Shown here in pieces: positions 63,318-64,000 of a stretch of 64,000 nt of DNA; positions within the stretch are counted from its first letter, which is position 1; every line of letters begins with the position of its first letter. The translations under genes and the position numbers were made by a program. The notes below the pieces were generated by a model. It made no database searches. It was not told the origin of the DNA and was given only the letters and a program-made list of their open reading frames with translations. The DNA is from Iphione sp. A-MEVVRFRX5 (Eukaryota): contig OZ320314.1 in NCBI GenBank assembly GCA_976226885.1, forward strand, positions 41,912,001-41,976,000, read 5' to 3'.

Positions 63318-64000
63318 CGTCGGAGGTACGCGGCGCGCCGGCGCGTCGCGAAGACGTTTGCGGAACGCGCGGCTTCCAGATGGGGTCTGGTCCGGGCGTC
63401 TGGCTGTCTGTAAGGAGTATGGGGGTATTGGTCCACCCGGAACCCTCAGAGACGCCCACGCTGTGGGGCCATCCCTCTCTTTCCTCAGTTCCGACGACAC
63501 GCCCTCCGGCGGCTACTGTTCAAACTGCAATTAGAGAAGAAGCAGACGTCGGTGTTCAGTGGAAAATTGTCGCCAGCCCCCAAATCTAATGACACATAAT
63601 GGCGGGAACCAGTTGAGATGTCACACGAGATAAGGACAATTTAATATCCGAGCTCTTTAAACTCGATGTGCGCCTTAAGCCGAAAACCAAATCGTTTAGT
63701 GGTGACAGTTGCTAATGTAGTGACTGACAAACAGAGGGCTCAACTTCGGTGCGGATTGGCCCCTTAAAATCTTGAGTTCATGTTCATACACAGCACAAGG
63801 ACAATACCGATAGCATTATCAGTGGTGAATCATCGGTAAGAAACAGTGGTATCTTAACTCTGCAAGCTGGGCGGGGGGTGGCCGATATTTAACAACACCT
63901 GGTTATTGACTATAACAGCACAAAATGATCCAGGTACCTATTTTTTATTGCTTGGCCATCGGACCTTTCGCAATCGACAACAATGGAGAACGCCATAGCA

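Noticed and set aside
63042-63500. A separate second gene at the right end of the window
   Set aside because: Its peptide is the FREM1 N-terminus and its phase-0 donor joins exon 2 exactly (KLHPL|VFDCRF), so it is the first coding exon of the same gene.

Overview
Eukaryotic genomic DNA. A lancelet-like invertebrate deuterostome is my inference from intron style and repeat types, not a database result. The window is dominated by one minus-strand gene, a FREM1/QBRICK-type extracellular matrix protein. I traced 16 coding exons with GT-AG boundaries whose phases all join in frame (about 6.55 kb of CDS; the last exon runs off the left edge). Domain order is signal peptide, N-terminal NV region, 12 CSPG (cadherin-like) repeats, Calx-beta, an acidic/polybasic low-complexity insert, the FREM1-type Cys motif and a C-type lectin domain. 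The first coding exon (63066-63317) is separated from the rest by a 41.8-kb intron (21281-63065). That intron holds a clean solo LTR with a 4-bp TSD, several MITE-like elements, microsatellites and multiple heavily decayed, mutually related coding-like relics that I could not assign to a known family. I found no rRNA, tRNA or CRISPR features. All protein-family comparisons are from memory; no searches were run.
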